Shown here in pieces: positions 1-11,029 of a stretch of DNA of 64,000 nucleotides (positions are counted from its first letter, which is position 1; each line of letters starts with the position of its first letter). The position numbers were made by a program, and so were the translations under genes. Origin of the DNA: the human T2T-CHM13v2.0 reference genome, Homo sapiens; the NCBI RefSeq assembly GCF_009914755.1, contig NC_060935.1; one strand, given 5' to 3'. Under the pieces are notes generated by a model that ran no database searches, was not told the DNA's origin, and was given only the letters and a program-made list of their open reading frames with translations.

Positions 1-1109
1 TTGCTTTCCTTGTATTTATGTGAAGCTACTGTTTCATATAAATAAGATTGTTTATTGATTGCTTCCCAATGATAACCTCAGCCAGTTACAGTAGGGAAGA
101 GGTTTGTCTTGTAAAGTTCATCCCACTTCATTCCTGTTATAATACTTATCATACTACATTAAAATTGTTGATTTTCAACATTAGATTAAAAAATGTATGA
201 AGGCAGGTACCATGACTTTGCGTAGGTCTTTGCATGATTCATAATAGATATTTGTTAAATAAATATTAAGTAAACAAGTGTTTGCCCTTTTTGCTATTGT
301 CAGTTCCCTACCAGTCACAACTATTCTTTTGCAAACAATATTCTTGCCTCTTAGTTTTGACTTTTAATGCCAAGAATGACCGGTTACCCTATTAATTAGT
401 TTATTGAATATAAATAAGAAAGTTATTAGAGAAGGCTTAATAGGATAGATTCTCTTGCAAGAAAAAGCTCAGGAGACTTTTCTGCTGTAATTCATAGTCT
501 CTGAATTCTGAATTTGCCAGAGTATATAAACACTAAGGACTGAAGTAGTATACATAATTTATTGTTAATATTCTGTCTATAGAGACCAGTTACAATTTTA
601 CATGGCCTTGTTTTTTTGTGTGTGTCTTAATGTATTACTCATAAATAAGAAATCAACAAAACCTAACAGGTGCATGCCCTTTGACTATTTTAATCTTGAA
701 TTGTGTTATTTCCTGACTTATGCAGGGAGGTTTGCTATGTTCCCTAATATTTGTAGAAGCTGTGCCAGACCTGGTCTAACTTGCCTGCAGAGAACACAGT
801 AAAACTTCAAAGAATGAATAGAAGATATGTTTTTTATTCACTTTTAAAGAGACCTAGATATTTGGAGAGTAGTTTTTCCTCCATCGAACCTCTGAAAGCC
901 AAGACTGCTCAATTCCTTTCAGCCACTGTGTAGTTGGGTGTCATAAATTTCTGTTTACATCCTTGGAGCCGTGAGGACCATCATGGACTCATTTTTAATT
1001 CTTGTTCCAGGGCATATGTGCAGTCCTATCTAGTACTCTAGAACCAAAGTTAAAGTGAGTCTCAATTTCTCACCTGAATAAAACTTCATTTTTCCACTTT
1101 TCTTATCAG

Positions 1110-1180
1110 TCCTTAAAAAACGATGAGCAGTCTGCCAAAACTGATGTTCAGAAACTTCTGGAATTAGGACAGAAACAAAG
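1110..1180 (+). CDS. LUZP2: LUZP2 internal coding exon (probably exon 3), SLKNDEQSAKTDVQKLLELGQKQ(R)
   Basis: Pyrimidine tract + CAG acceptor (AG 1108-1109); donor AG|GTAAGA at 1181; 71 nt open frame, phase 0-2; peptide matches the LUZP2 coiled coil as I recall it. Confidence 0.95.
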
Positions 1181-1299
1181 GTAAGACTTTTCTTTTTTTC
1201 TTAGTTATTTCTGCCATAGTGTCAAGCAACATTCAGAAACTTCACAAAATTTATTGATTCTAAATATATGAACCTATTTATCTTTTCACTTATACTTAA

Positions 1300-1440
1300 A
1301 TATGCATGCAATTCACTTGGGAATCTTGTTCAAATGCAGATTCTTACACAACTGGGGTGGGCTTGAGATTCCACATTTCTAAGAAGCTCTTTGGTGATGG
1401 TGGTGCTGATGCTTTTTGTCTGCAAATAACAATTTGAATG
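1300..1440. mobile_element. MER5A/B-like hAT-Charlie DNA transposon relic
   Basis: 'cacttgggaatcttgttcaaatgcagattc...gggtgggcttgagattccacatttctaagaagctc' motif. Confidence 0.65.
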
Positions 1441-1799
1441 TTAGGGAGGTATAATACTTTCCTCAGTTAGTAAGATGGACCCTGGTAAGTCTGACCATCA
1501 ATAGACAGATTTGATAATATTGACCTAAATGGACCATGTTTAATACAATCCAAACTTGATCATGGTAATAATGATGTGGTGGTAAAGAATGGAATTATCT
1601 TACTAACAATACAAGTAGAATCAGTACAATATTATTAGTATTGGTTTGCTTATTTTTGAGGGAAGCATATTATGAAATATACTTGTGTAAATTATAAAAA
1701 GCCATACGATTTTTAAATTGCTTTTCCAAGCCAAAAAAAGAAAAACAAGTATTTTAATATGGAAACAACTTTACGTCTGCTATACACTTACTAGCAGCC

Positions 1800-1965
1800 C
1801 TTCTAGTAGATTTGTATATATTTTCTTGTTTCATCTTCACAACTACCTTGTGAAGTGGCTATTATTCCCATTTTGTAGATGGCAAATTGTTGCTCAGAGT
1901 GCTTAGTGGAATTGCTGAGAATCACGTTAATTGGAATTTAGATTTAAAATCTGCTCTGTCTTACC
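1800..1965 (-). mobile_element. MIR SINE
   Basis: MIR core 'cttcacaac...attattcccattttgtagatg...gctcagag'. Confidence 0.7.
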
Positions 1966-2419
1966 CTACAGCTCCACCTTACCAGTTTGGCTCACTGATC
2001 ACAACGCAAAAAACTGTTTCAAAGTTTACACACACAAGATAGCATGTGGAATAGATTCTAAGTCCCTTCTCATCAGCCTATATGTCCTCCATTGACCTTG
2101 GTTCTAAATTCAAAACTCTATTATTGACATGCATTTGGATTGAGCCAATGATATCTATTAAAAAATATAAAATCAATTGTTTTACATGGACTCTTCTTAT
2201 TATTTATAGTGACATGTTTATTATTTATTTAATGTGAAATTCTCTTTAAAGTCTAATATTAAGAAAAACTTGAAAAGAGCAATCCGAACATGTTTCTGAA
2301 ACAATATTATTTTAATTATTTCATTGGTTTGAAATAAATCATGCTCAATATTACACCAGTATTTGTGGCTCTGTGAAGTAGTGATAGAGGACATAAGCAA
2401 CATTTTGAATAGCAATAGT

Positions 2420-2757
2420 AGAACATTATTCAGTCGGAAAATAGAAAATCTTGTCATTTGTGACAACATGGATGAACCTGGAGGACGTTATGTTAAGGTA
2501 AATAAGCCAGGCACAGAAAGACAAATACCACCTAATCTCACTCTTATTCGGAATCTAAAAAAGTTGATATAAAAGAACTGGAGATTAGAGTGGTGATTAC
2601 CAGGGTCAGAGGTAGCTGGGGAGAGTGTTGGTGGTGAGATGTTGGCTAAAGAATATTAAATTTCAGTTGGTAAAGAGGAATAAGTTAGATGAAATTAGTA
2701 CATGATGACTATAGTTAATAATAAACTGTATTTTTTTAAAAAAAAATTAAAAAAAAC
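2420..2757 (+). mobile_element. L1MA-type 3' end fragment
   Basis: 'acaacatggatgaacctggaggacgttatgttaag...agccaggcacagaaagacaaata' followed by an A-rich tail. Confidence 0.8.
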
Positions 2758-5201
2758 CATGAAAAGAGACCAAGAGATGCTGAAAATGATTACTTTATTT
2801 TTATAGAGTATCTCAGGTTAGGAATGGAGAATAAACAAAAATAGAAAAACAAAAATTGATTTCTGCACAATACATGTGCAGCACCCAGTGAGAGACTGAG
2901 GAAGATATAGTGAGTTTGAGAAGATTAGAAAATAAATCTGTATGTAAAGACAAAAATAAAAATGGCTAAAAGATGGCATATACTGGATTTCAGTGATAAT
3001 AAATAGGGAATCCCTTTTAGGTAGCTCCATAAGAAATAATATAATTAAAGAAATCTTTTAGGGGAAATATTGTGTTATTTCCTGGCTTTTAGGGAAATTA
3101 CTCTGTCAAACCCATTCAGGGTAGAAAGAAAAATGTAGACCAGGGTGAGAAAACACTACTTAGAGACAAGGACAGGGAGATCTCAAGAGTTAAGACAATG
3201 GAGTAAAAGAAAATAAAGTCAGCCTTTCCTTACCACAGGAGGGATGCGGATGAGGAGACAGGCTTATGCATGATGTGAATGAAAACCTATTCTCTTAGTT
3301 TGCTGATATTTTTTTAAAATATCTATGTCTGATTCACACGACACCAAAAACAACACAAAAATCAGGAAAAAAAATGTGAATAGGTGTTTAAGAATTTTAA
3401 TCATCAAGTGTACATGTGGTAAAGTATATAAACTACCAGATGATAGAACAAGTCTTTCAAAGAGAGGGTAAAATGGAGAATATTTTGGTCTTACTAATTC
3501 ATAGTTTTATCTAAAATTAAAAACTTGTTTAAAATGCATAACTTGTATTATATACACAATCAAAGTTAGAATGGAAGACTCAATAAATTATAATAAAAGG
3601 TAACTTCTCAAAAGGATATAAGATGTGATGCATTCGCTTTTTGCTGTTTACCTAAAAAGAGAAATATAAAAATTGTGTGTATATTATGGTAAAAGAGACT
3701 GTGTGTCTCATTTCAAAATCTGACTTATTAGTAAACATTAAAAGAGAAAAAATATCACCTTTGGTTATCAAAAATACTGATTTATTGCAAATTTAAACAT
3801 CTTCTCCGAGTTTGAAAGAGTGCAGTGTGCTTGCCATTGCCATTTGGTCACATCCCCGGCTCTCAATTATTACCTTGTTTTCTGTTTGTCCTCAGATCCT
3901 TGTCATCTGGCTTCATCTGGACTAGTGATCCCTAGAAGCCAGGCTTCTTTTATGTGACTCTGAAACCACTGGTCATAGCTGATGATTCAGAGGTGGCCAC
4001 CAAAACAAAAACCAATCAATTAGTGTCTCCCTTTGGAACTGTAACGTAGAGGCAACTAATAAGTCTTTCTGTGTAGCTGGAGCTAGGCTGTAAGTAAATT
4101 CAGGGGCTATGCTGTGGCCACATACAACTATGTGGAGAGAAAGTAGAGTGTCTTTCTAGCAAGACAAACAGAGAAAGGAGTGTGTTTGCGTGTATGCACT
4201 TATGTGAGAGAAAGAGTGAGAAAATGAGAGTCATGTTGGCTTGAGCGTCACGTTTCAGGAATATTTACACAGCCTTGATAATATTCATAGGAGAGTCCCC
4301 AGGTGAATGGAGAGATTTTAAACCATACCATGCCAGGACTGAGAATATATAACCACAACAAGGAGAATAAGGAATAGGACAGGACCCTGAAATGTCTGAA
4401 AATTTGAAAATGTCCTTGAGCAAAAGAGAATAAAACCTTTTATTCTTTAAGGTGGTTGGTTGGTAGATTCCCAGAAGGCAGTTTTGGACTCGGTATACTA
4501 AAGCACTTTACAATAATGTTCTCGAAAACTAAAACAAAGCCTGGAATTGTGGCAAGTTCTTGATCTGTGATGTTATTAAAATATAAGCTGATAGTCACTA
4601 GAAAGAAATGCCTTTCTGTAGAGTGATTAAGGTGAGGGTGTTTTTATAGCTATAATTTGGGATGAAAGAGGTGTGGAATAATGGCCCTTTAAAATTCTTT
4701 GTAACACAAAATGTTATGCTAAAATATTTCAATATTTGAGCTATCTATCACAGGTGTCACTCGAGCCAGGAATTTTTTAGAATTAAAGTTTCAGTTTAGT
4801 ACCAAACAGAGCCCTAGAATAGCAGATATAGATTGGGCAAATCTCAGTTGGTATTGGGAAGTGGTGCAGAGGCAAGTCAGGAATCATCTCTATAGGAGGA
4901 TAACTTAGCAAGTCTTTGAAGCAGAAATCTATAGCTAGCTAAAGCACTAGAGCAGTGAGCATGTGAAGACATAAGCCTAGAAAGAAGGCAGAAGGAGAGA
5001 TGAAGAGATATAGAAGACAAAAAGTCTACTTTACCTTTCTGCCTGATAGTGTTCTTTGGCAGGAAAATATTCAGAATTCTCTATCTTTTCCAGATTTTAC
5101 AATTTGTTTTTTGTCCTGTTCCCTAGATTGCCTCTAGATGTCAGAATGGGGGATTTTTTTGGAAGAAATATATAGATAGATACCTACTCCCACACATACA
5201 T

Positions 5202-5224
5202 TATCTATCTATCTATCTATCTAT
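5202..5224. repeat. (TATC)n microsatellite
   Basis: Seen directly, about 5-6 units. Confidence 0.85.
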
Positions 5225-5463
5225 ATTTGTAAAAATATTCATACATACTCATTGTCATTTTAATAAAACATACTTTATTATTTAATTTTTAAGTGTTTTA
5301 TGACCATCTTTTAAAAATAAAAATGAGAATTTTAAATTAAAATTGCTTAAAAATTTATTATTTTGTCATTTTAATTATAACTTTATTTTCAGTAGGAAAT
5401 ATAATTTTATTGTGTTTCACTCAGTGCTTGTTGAAGATTTGAGTGTTTGGGATAACATGTAGG

Positions 5464-5497
5464 TCCTTCCTTCCTTCCTTCCTTCCTTCCTTCCTTC
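5464..5497. repeat. (TCCT)n microsatellite
   Basis: Seen directly, about 8 units. Confidence 0.9.
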
Positions 5498-6109
5498 TCA
5501 GTAGAGATAGTATAGTAACTCTTTATAGTTTGAGCATATAGACACTAAAACACAATTTCACTACCCCTCTATGCATTTGTTATCTGTCATAACATGAAGT
5601 CATAGTTTGGTGTGGGGTTTACAAAAGTGTCTTGCACATTGTAAGCCTACAATATATGTAGGTATGTATTATATTATACTACAAACACTCTATGGAAAAT
5701 ATCAGAAATAATAATGGAAGCCCAGATTTTATATGTCCATATATGAAGAAAGTCTGATAAATGAAACCAGTTTGAGACAGTGATGGAAGCTGTCACTCAG
5801 AATCCACTTCAAGCACATTAAAAGCATCACCCAAGAAGGCATAAATCATTTAAAAACCAGAGTGACTGTAATTATTCTATAACTTGTTCTCACTATATTT
5901 TGATTTGTCAACCAAAGTCCAAAATGATTACAAAAAACAGACAGACTTTCTTTCTCATTCTTGAAATTGGGACTTGGACATCAGTCTCAAGGCTAATTAA
6001 GCTGGCAGCCCCATTAAGTCCTGCTGGGTGAAAGAGCAGCTTATGGTTGTGTAGAACATCATGGTCAGAGAATGAACATAAGGGTGTGGAGAGATGTCAG
6101 TGGTTATTG

Positions 6110-6300
6110 CCATGACCTAACATTTGTTAAGGAATTCTTTCATAGGCATTGTGTTAAGTGCTTTGCTTACGTTCTGTCGTCTTAATATGAGCACAAACCT
6201 ATAAGTTAGTTCTACCATTGTGCCCTTGTTTTTGGATGAAGAAATTGAGTATGAGAGGGTGTGTCACTTGCTCAAATATCCAGCGCTAATCTTTTGGCAC
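6110..6300 (-). mobile_element. MIR SINE
   Basis: 'aggcattgtgttaagtgcttt...gatgaagaaattgag...cacttgctcaa'. Confidence 0.6.
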
Positions 6301-7194
6301 TAGATTGGAAGTTTTAAATTAGTTTAGGTGCTGGTAAGACTCAAATAGGTTTCTATTTTGTTGTTGCTATTGCTTTGAGAGAATTTCTGTAGCCAGGAAT
6401 TGCCACACATACAAACACAAACAAGTACACTAGCCTTTATCTAATATCTGATCTATTTGAGGTGATAGCTCGAGTAAAAAAAAATCAAGGCACAGAAAGA
6501 TAATATGATGTGTTATAAATAAATAAATCCTAAATCCTTAAGAGAAATGCAAATTTAGGGAAACATCACTCTTTTTAAAAAGGGAGACAGGATCCTTATG
6601 TGCTACTGAGCTTGAGACACAATGAGTATATATGCATAGGCATGCATTTTTAAATTATCTTCATTAAATGAGACAGGCCTTAAGTTAAAATAAGTTTCTT
6701 TTCCCTGTTTTTACAAAAGATGTCAGGCCTTACAAAGGATGTATAAAGCACAATGCTTTAGAATTAATTAATTAAGAGCATCAGAAGGGAACAGTAATTT
6801 TATCCTATCAGCAAGTCTATGGTGACTTTTTCTAACCAGCATGTTCATACCCCAGTATGCTGTTAGTGAAATTATCTTTTCAACTTGAATTATATATTGC
6901 TTTGATTTAACACATCATGTGCCTCACAGATGATTCAAACGTGGGATTTTTATAAAGCATAATAGTAAGGTTATTTAAAAAAAAATCAACTTGCTTTTAA
7001 TATTTGCATGGGAGAGAAAGCCTTTTATTACCAGAATCTTTAGACACATCCTGTATGCTTAACTGTGGCTTTATGCACTTCTAGTTGTCTATGTCCTAAA
7101 TGTATACAGCAAAGCTCCTTCCTTTTATAATGTTCATAGGAAATAATGGAATTATATTATTTTCTCACTTATGCTCTGTTTTCTACTAAAATAG

Positions 7195-7276
7195 AGAAGA
7201 AATGAAGTCTCTTCAGGAGGCCCTGCAAAATCAGCTTAAGGAGACATCAGAGAAAGCAGAAAAACACCAGGCTACT
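7195..7276 (+). CDS. LUZP2: LUZP2 internal coding exon (probably exon 4), (R)EEMKSLQEALQNQLKETSEKAEKHQAT
   Basis: TAG acceptor (AG 7193-7194), donor GTAAGT at 7277; 82 nt, phase 2-0, completes the AGA codon from the previous exon. Confidence 0.95.
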
Positions 7277-7559
7277 GTAAGTGTGTTTCTTCTTTGTGCC
7301 TTTTGCTTTTGGGCTGGGACATTGTTACTTTCTTTTTCCAAAATCACTATGGAACAAACACACCTATAAAAAATAAAAGTGAAAAGACAATAAAAGAAGC
7401 ATCAGTCAATGTGAACAGAATAGTACTTGGTCAGCTTTCATTCCTGGAAAAGGTTAGTGTTTTATTTCATTATTAGGGGGTCGTCTAATTCCCAGCCTAC
7501 TTTAAAGAATGAGAAACTAAAGGACAGAGTGGGACAAGAGTTCTGGTGTCAGGGCTTCA

Positions 7560-7730
7560 TCAGTGGCTCTCACATTGTGGGACGTCACTGACTGTGAAGT
7601 AAATTAAGCTAAGTGATAGTTAAGTCGCACCCCACATCCACTGAATAAGGATCTCTCAGGAGCAGGGCCATGGAATCTATTTAATCCATCCCACGGGTTA
7701 TTCTAATGCATCCCCAAAGTTGATGAATCA
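7560..7730. mobile_element. MER5-like DNA transposon relic
   Basis: 'cagtggctctca...ggaatctatttaa...ttctaatgcatccccaaagttga'. Confidence 0.5.
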
Positions 7731-7929
7731 AACTCCTCTCCTGACAGCAAGAATTGTGAGAAATAAAGTATGAAACAAACTTTCTCACCCGAAATGATGT
7801 TCCCTTGACCCCACCGTTTCAGCTCTTACTACGAATATTTACCACAGGCAGGAGGGATGGTGTTTCTGAGAGCCATGCTGAAAACTAGGTTTCTACTGTA
7901 TTCCCCAAAGCCACCTTACGCACCATGTA

Positions 7930-8560
7930 TAGGGATTGGACCTTATATCTTGTTTTCAAGATCTGAGTCTGTTTTAAAATATAGTGTGTTAATTGAACAT
8001 ATGAGGTATGGTAAGGTCAACAGATCAGGAAAGACTCCCACTGAAAACATAGCTTATTTCTCACAGTTCTAGCTGCACACCACAGAGGGGCCACACGGGG
8101 AGGCACCCAGGCTGTTCATGAGGCAGAGGGAGAGGAGGAAACTGTGGGTAAGAGGCTTTGTTGTGGTTTCTGAGGCAATGAACAAGTGAGGCAGGATAAG
8201 TGGGCTTGGGATCGGATAAATGGGCTTGGGATTGGCCAGTTTGAGTGATTTTTGGTTGGCTTTGGGGCATAGCAGCTGTCCTGACTTATAACCTGTCCCT
8301 AAGGTGATTAGGGCAACTCCACAGTGGCCTGAGATAATAAAAGGGGGGCAGTTAGGAGTGTTGTTTTTCGATTGGTTGTTTGTATTTGAAAAGTGTGTCT
8401 CTGGGAGGAGGACTTCTCACCTCTGAGACGTTGGAGCATCAATGAGAGAGTCCAGAACTAAGGCAGGGTGGCTCAAGCATATGATTGGGTTGTTCAGAGC
8501 AAGGCTGATCCAGCACATCCATGAAGAACAAATGTTAAAGCATCAGATTTACAGAAGCTA
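7930..8560 (-). mobile_element. ERVL solo LTR (MER54/MER74/MER76 group)
   Basis: 'ggtcaacagatcagga...gggccacacggggaggcac...gaggcagagggag...ctttgttgtggtttc...ggtgattagggca'; subfamily uncertain. Confidence 0.6.
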
Positions 8561-9499
8561 AAACCGTGGTGAAGCCTAAATCTCCATTTAGGTCAATTAC
8601 CTGGAATCCTAGGCTCTCTAAACACAGTCAGCCTGCCTTTCTTTTACAAAACTTCCTTTAACAACCTTGATTAAAATGTGGAGTTTTGCTTCTGAAACTC
8701 AGTCCAGTCTGTCATCTGCAACAGCTGATTTCAGGAACAGCCTTTCCAACAATGATTGTTGACTTTTCAAAGTACAAAACTGTTTCATGTAAGGATTCAC
8801 TGTTATCTGTTCTGTTCACCTGTTAGGACGGGCATGTGGGTTCATTGCTATGCCACGGCAACTCTCACTGCTCACCTGAAATGTGGCCTAAAGTCTGGCT
8901 CACTGGATACCAAATGTTACATAAAAGAATAGACATATTTTTAGTATCAGCTTGTCGATCCCTCCTCCCAACACCGGACCTAGCTTACTGAATGGTCCTA
9001 ATTGCAATCACATTTCTGCCGTGACTAATCATATTTAATCTGAGTTTCTTCATAGCCTAATGACAAACAATGGTAGAGCAGAATAGAAGTGCTCACACAG
9101 ACTATTTTCTCTGGTTCTCATAATAAAACTACATTGTTTGTTTCTTTACTGAAAAAGAGTAATTCAAATAACGTGTTTCTAGCTTGTATTTGCACAGCTA
9201 TAAGCTAAGGCATGAACTCATAATTATTCCAGTAGATTATGCAAACTGTCTGAGATCCAAAAAGAAGAGAGTTATAACTTTTGAAAGAGCACAAACCAAA
9301 GTTAGAATATCCAAGTATGACAAATGTCATGGACAAATAATGTAGACTGAGTCACCTTTGCCTTCATCTCAGCGTGCTGGCAGTGCCTTCCTTATGGCTG
9401 AACACTGGATCTTGAGGGAAGCTTTCTCTTTCCCCCCAAAATTCTTCACTAAACCAGAAACTTCCTAAAGAAACTCATAACTTAATATGTGCTTCAGAG

Positions 9500-9880
9500 T
9501 AAGAGTGTTTGGGATTTAAATTTCTAGTAGGCCATGTACTAATTCTGTAAATTTACTAGCTCATTACCAGACTTGATCAAGCTTTTTAACTTCTGCAAGT
9601 TTCCTCATTATCACATTTAAGGGGTTATTCACATTAAATTAATGTACATAATCTCTCTAAAATTATATCTGGCATGTAGTTGATAGTAGACATTAAACTA
9701 AAGTCATTCCCCTTCCTTCTGCACTTCCCATTTTAATTTCATCTTCATCCGTTAGCTGAATGAATATAAGCAAGTCATTTGATTTCTCTGAGGCTTTTTC
9801 ATTGTAAGAAGTATGTCAATGGTACTAATGTAACAGGTTATTTGGTGGTTATATGAGATGATGCATGCACTGTTGAGCAG
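9500..9880 (+). mobile_element. Two degenerate MIR fragments
   Basis: 'tttactagct...caagctttttaacttctg..gtttcctcatt' and 'agcaagtcatttgatttctctgag'. Confidence 0.5.
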
Positions 9881-10749
9881 AAGATGTAATCAATTATAAG
9901 CAACTTCTAAGTTGTATCACATAATCATCATCATTATTAGTATTTTTTCTTCCTAACCATTTAAAACCTTTGTTATATGATAATATTGTGGTAAGAATTA
10001 TCAGGGATGACAGAATGCATACCTAATAAAAGGACTATTAAAATAATATATTCAATTGTTCATACTTTAGGATGTTCTATTTCCTCAACTCTATTTACAT
10101 TACTATTCAAAATAATTTTGTTTTGCAATTTCTGCATACTGCTGCATAGATTTTCAATGGCTATTCTTAAAAGCCAGCATTGAAATGTTTGAGAGTGACC
10201 TCGGGTTCTCAGAGACTTACAAATGGTGTCTTTATGGGAATCAGACATATTACCTGTCTGTCAGTGATCAGGGGCAACACAGTGATATTTTTACTGTTAT
10301 TAAAAACTACTAGATGGTGAGGTTTTTCACCAAAGGCTTGCATTTTCTTAAATGCAGACTATTTCTTTTTTATTTGGTATTCCTGTTAATTTCTTTTTTT
10401 ATTTTCCATAGGTCATTAGGGTACAGGTGGTATTTGGTTACATGAGGAAATTCTTTAGTGATTTGTGAGATTTTGGTGCACCCATCAGCCAAGCAGTATA
10501 CACTGCATCCTATTTGTAGTCTTTTATACCTTGCCCCCCAGTCACACTTTCCCCCAAGTCCCCAAAGTCCATTGTATCATTCTTATAACTTTGCGTCCTC
10601 ATAGCTTAGCTCCCACATATCAGTGAGAACATACAGTGTTTCGTTTTCCATTCCTGAGTTACTTCACTTAGAATAATAGTCTCCAATCTCATCCAGGTCA
10701 CTGCAAATGCTGTTAATTTGTTCCTTTTTGTGGCTGAGTTGTATTCCAT

Positions 10750-10998
10750 TATATATATATGGTTAATATATATATTATGGTTAATTATAATTATAGATAT
10801 ATATTTATATATATTTATAAATATAAATATATAAATGTATATATATTTATAAATATATATTTATATACATATATATTTCTATATAATATATACATTTATA
10901 TATTATATAGAAATATATACATTTATATATTATATATAAATGTATATATTATATATAAATATAATTATATATTTTATATATAAATACATAAAAATAAA

Positions 10999-11029
<31 letters not shown>
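10750..11029. repeat. AT-rich low-complexity expansion with palindromes, inside the L1
   Basis: Nearly pure A/T; 23-bp perfect inverted arms 10870-10892 / 10897-10919. Confidence 0.9.

Noticed and set aside
3850-4300. Possible ancient LTR fragments (also ~20330-20620, 29560-30030, 39690-40060, 45280-45460)
   Set aside because: Only faint motif resemblance; family and boundaries cannot be supported without a profile search
7191-7217. NAGNAG-type tandem acceptor at the second exon
   Set aside because: Alternative AGs shift the start by 2, 5, 13 or 22 nt, all out of frame; no support for use
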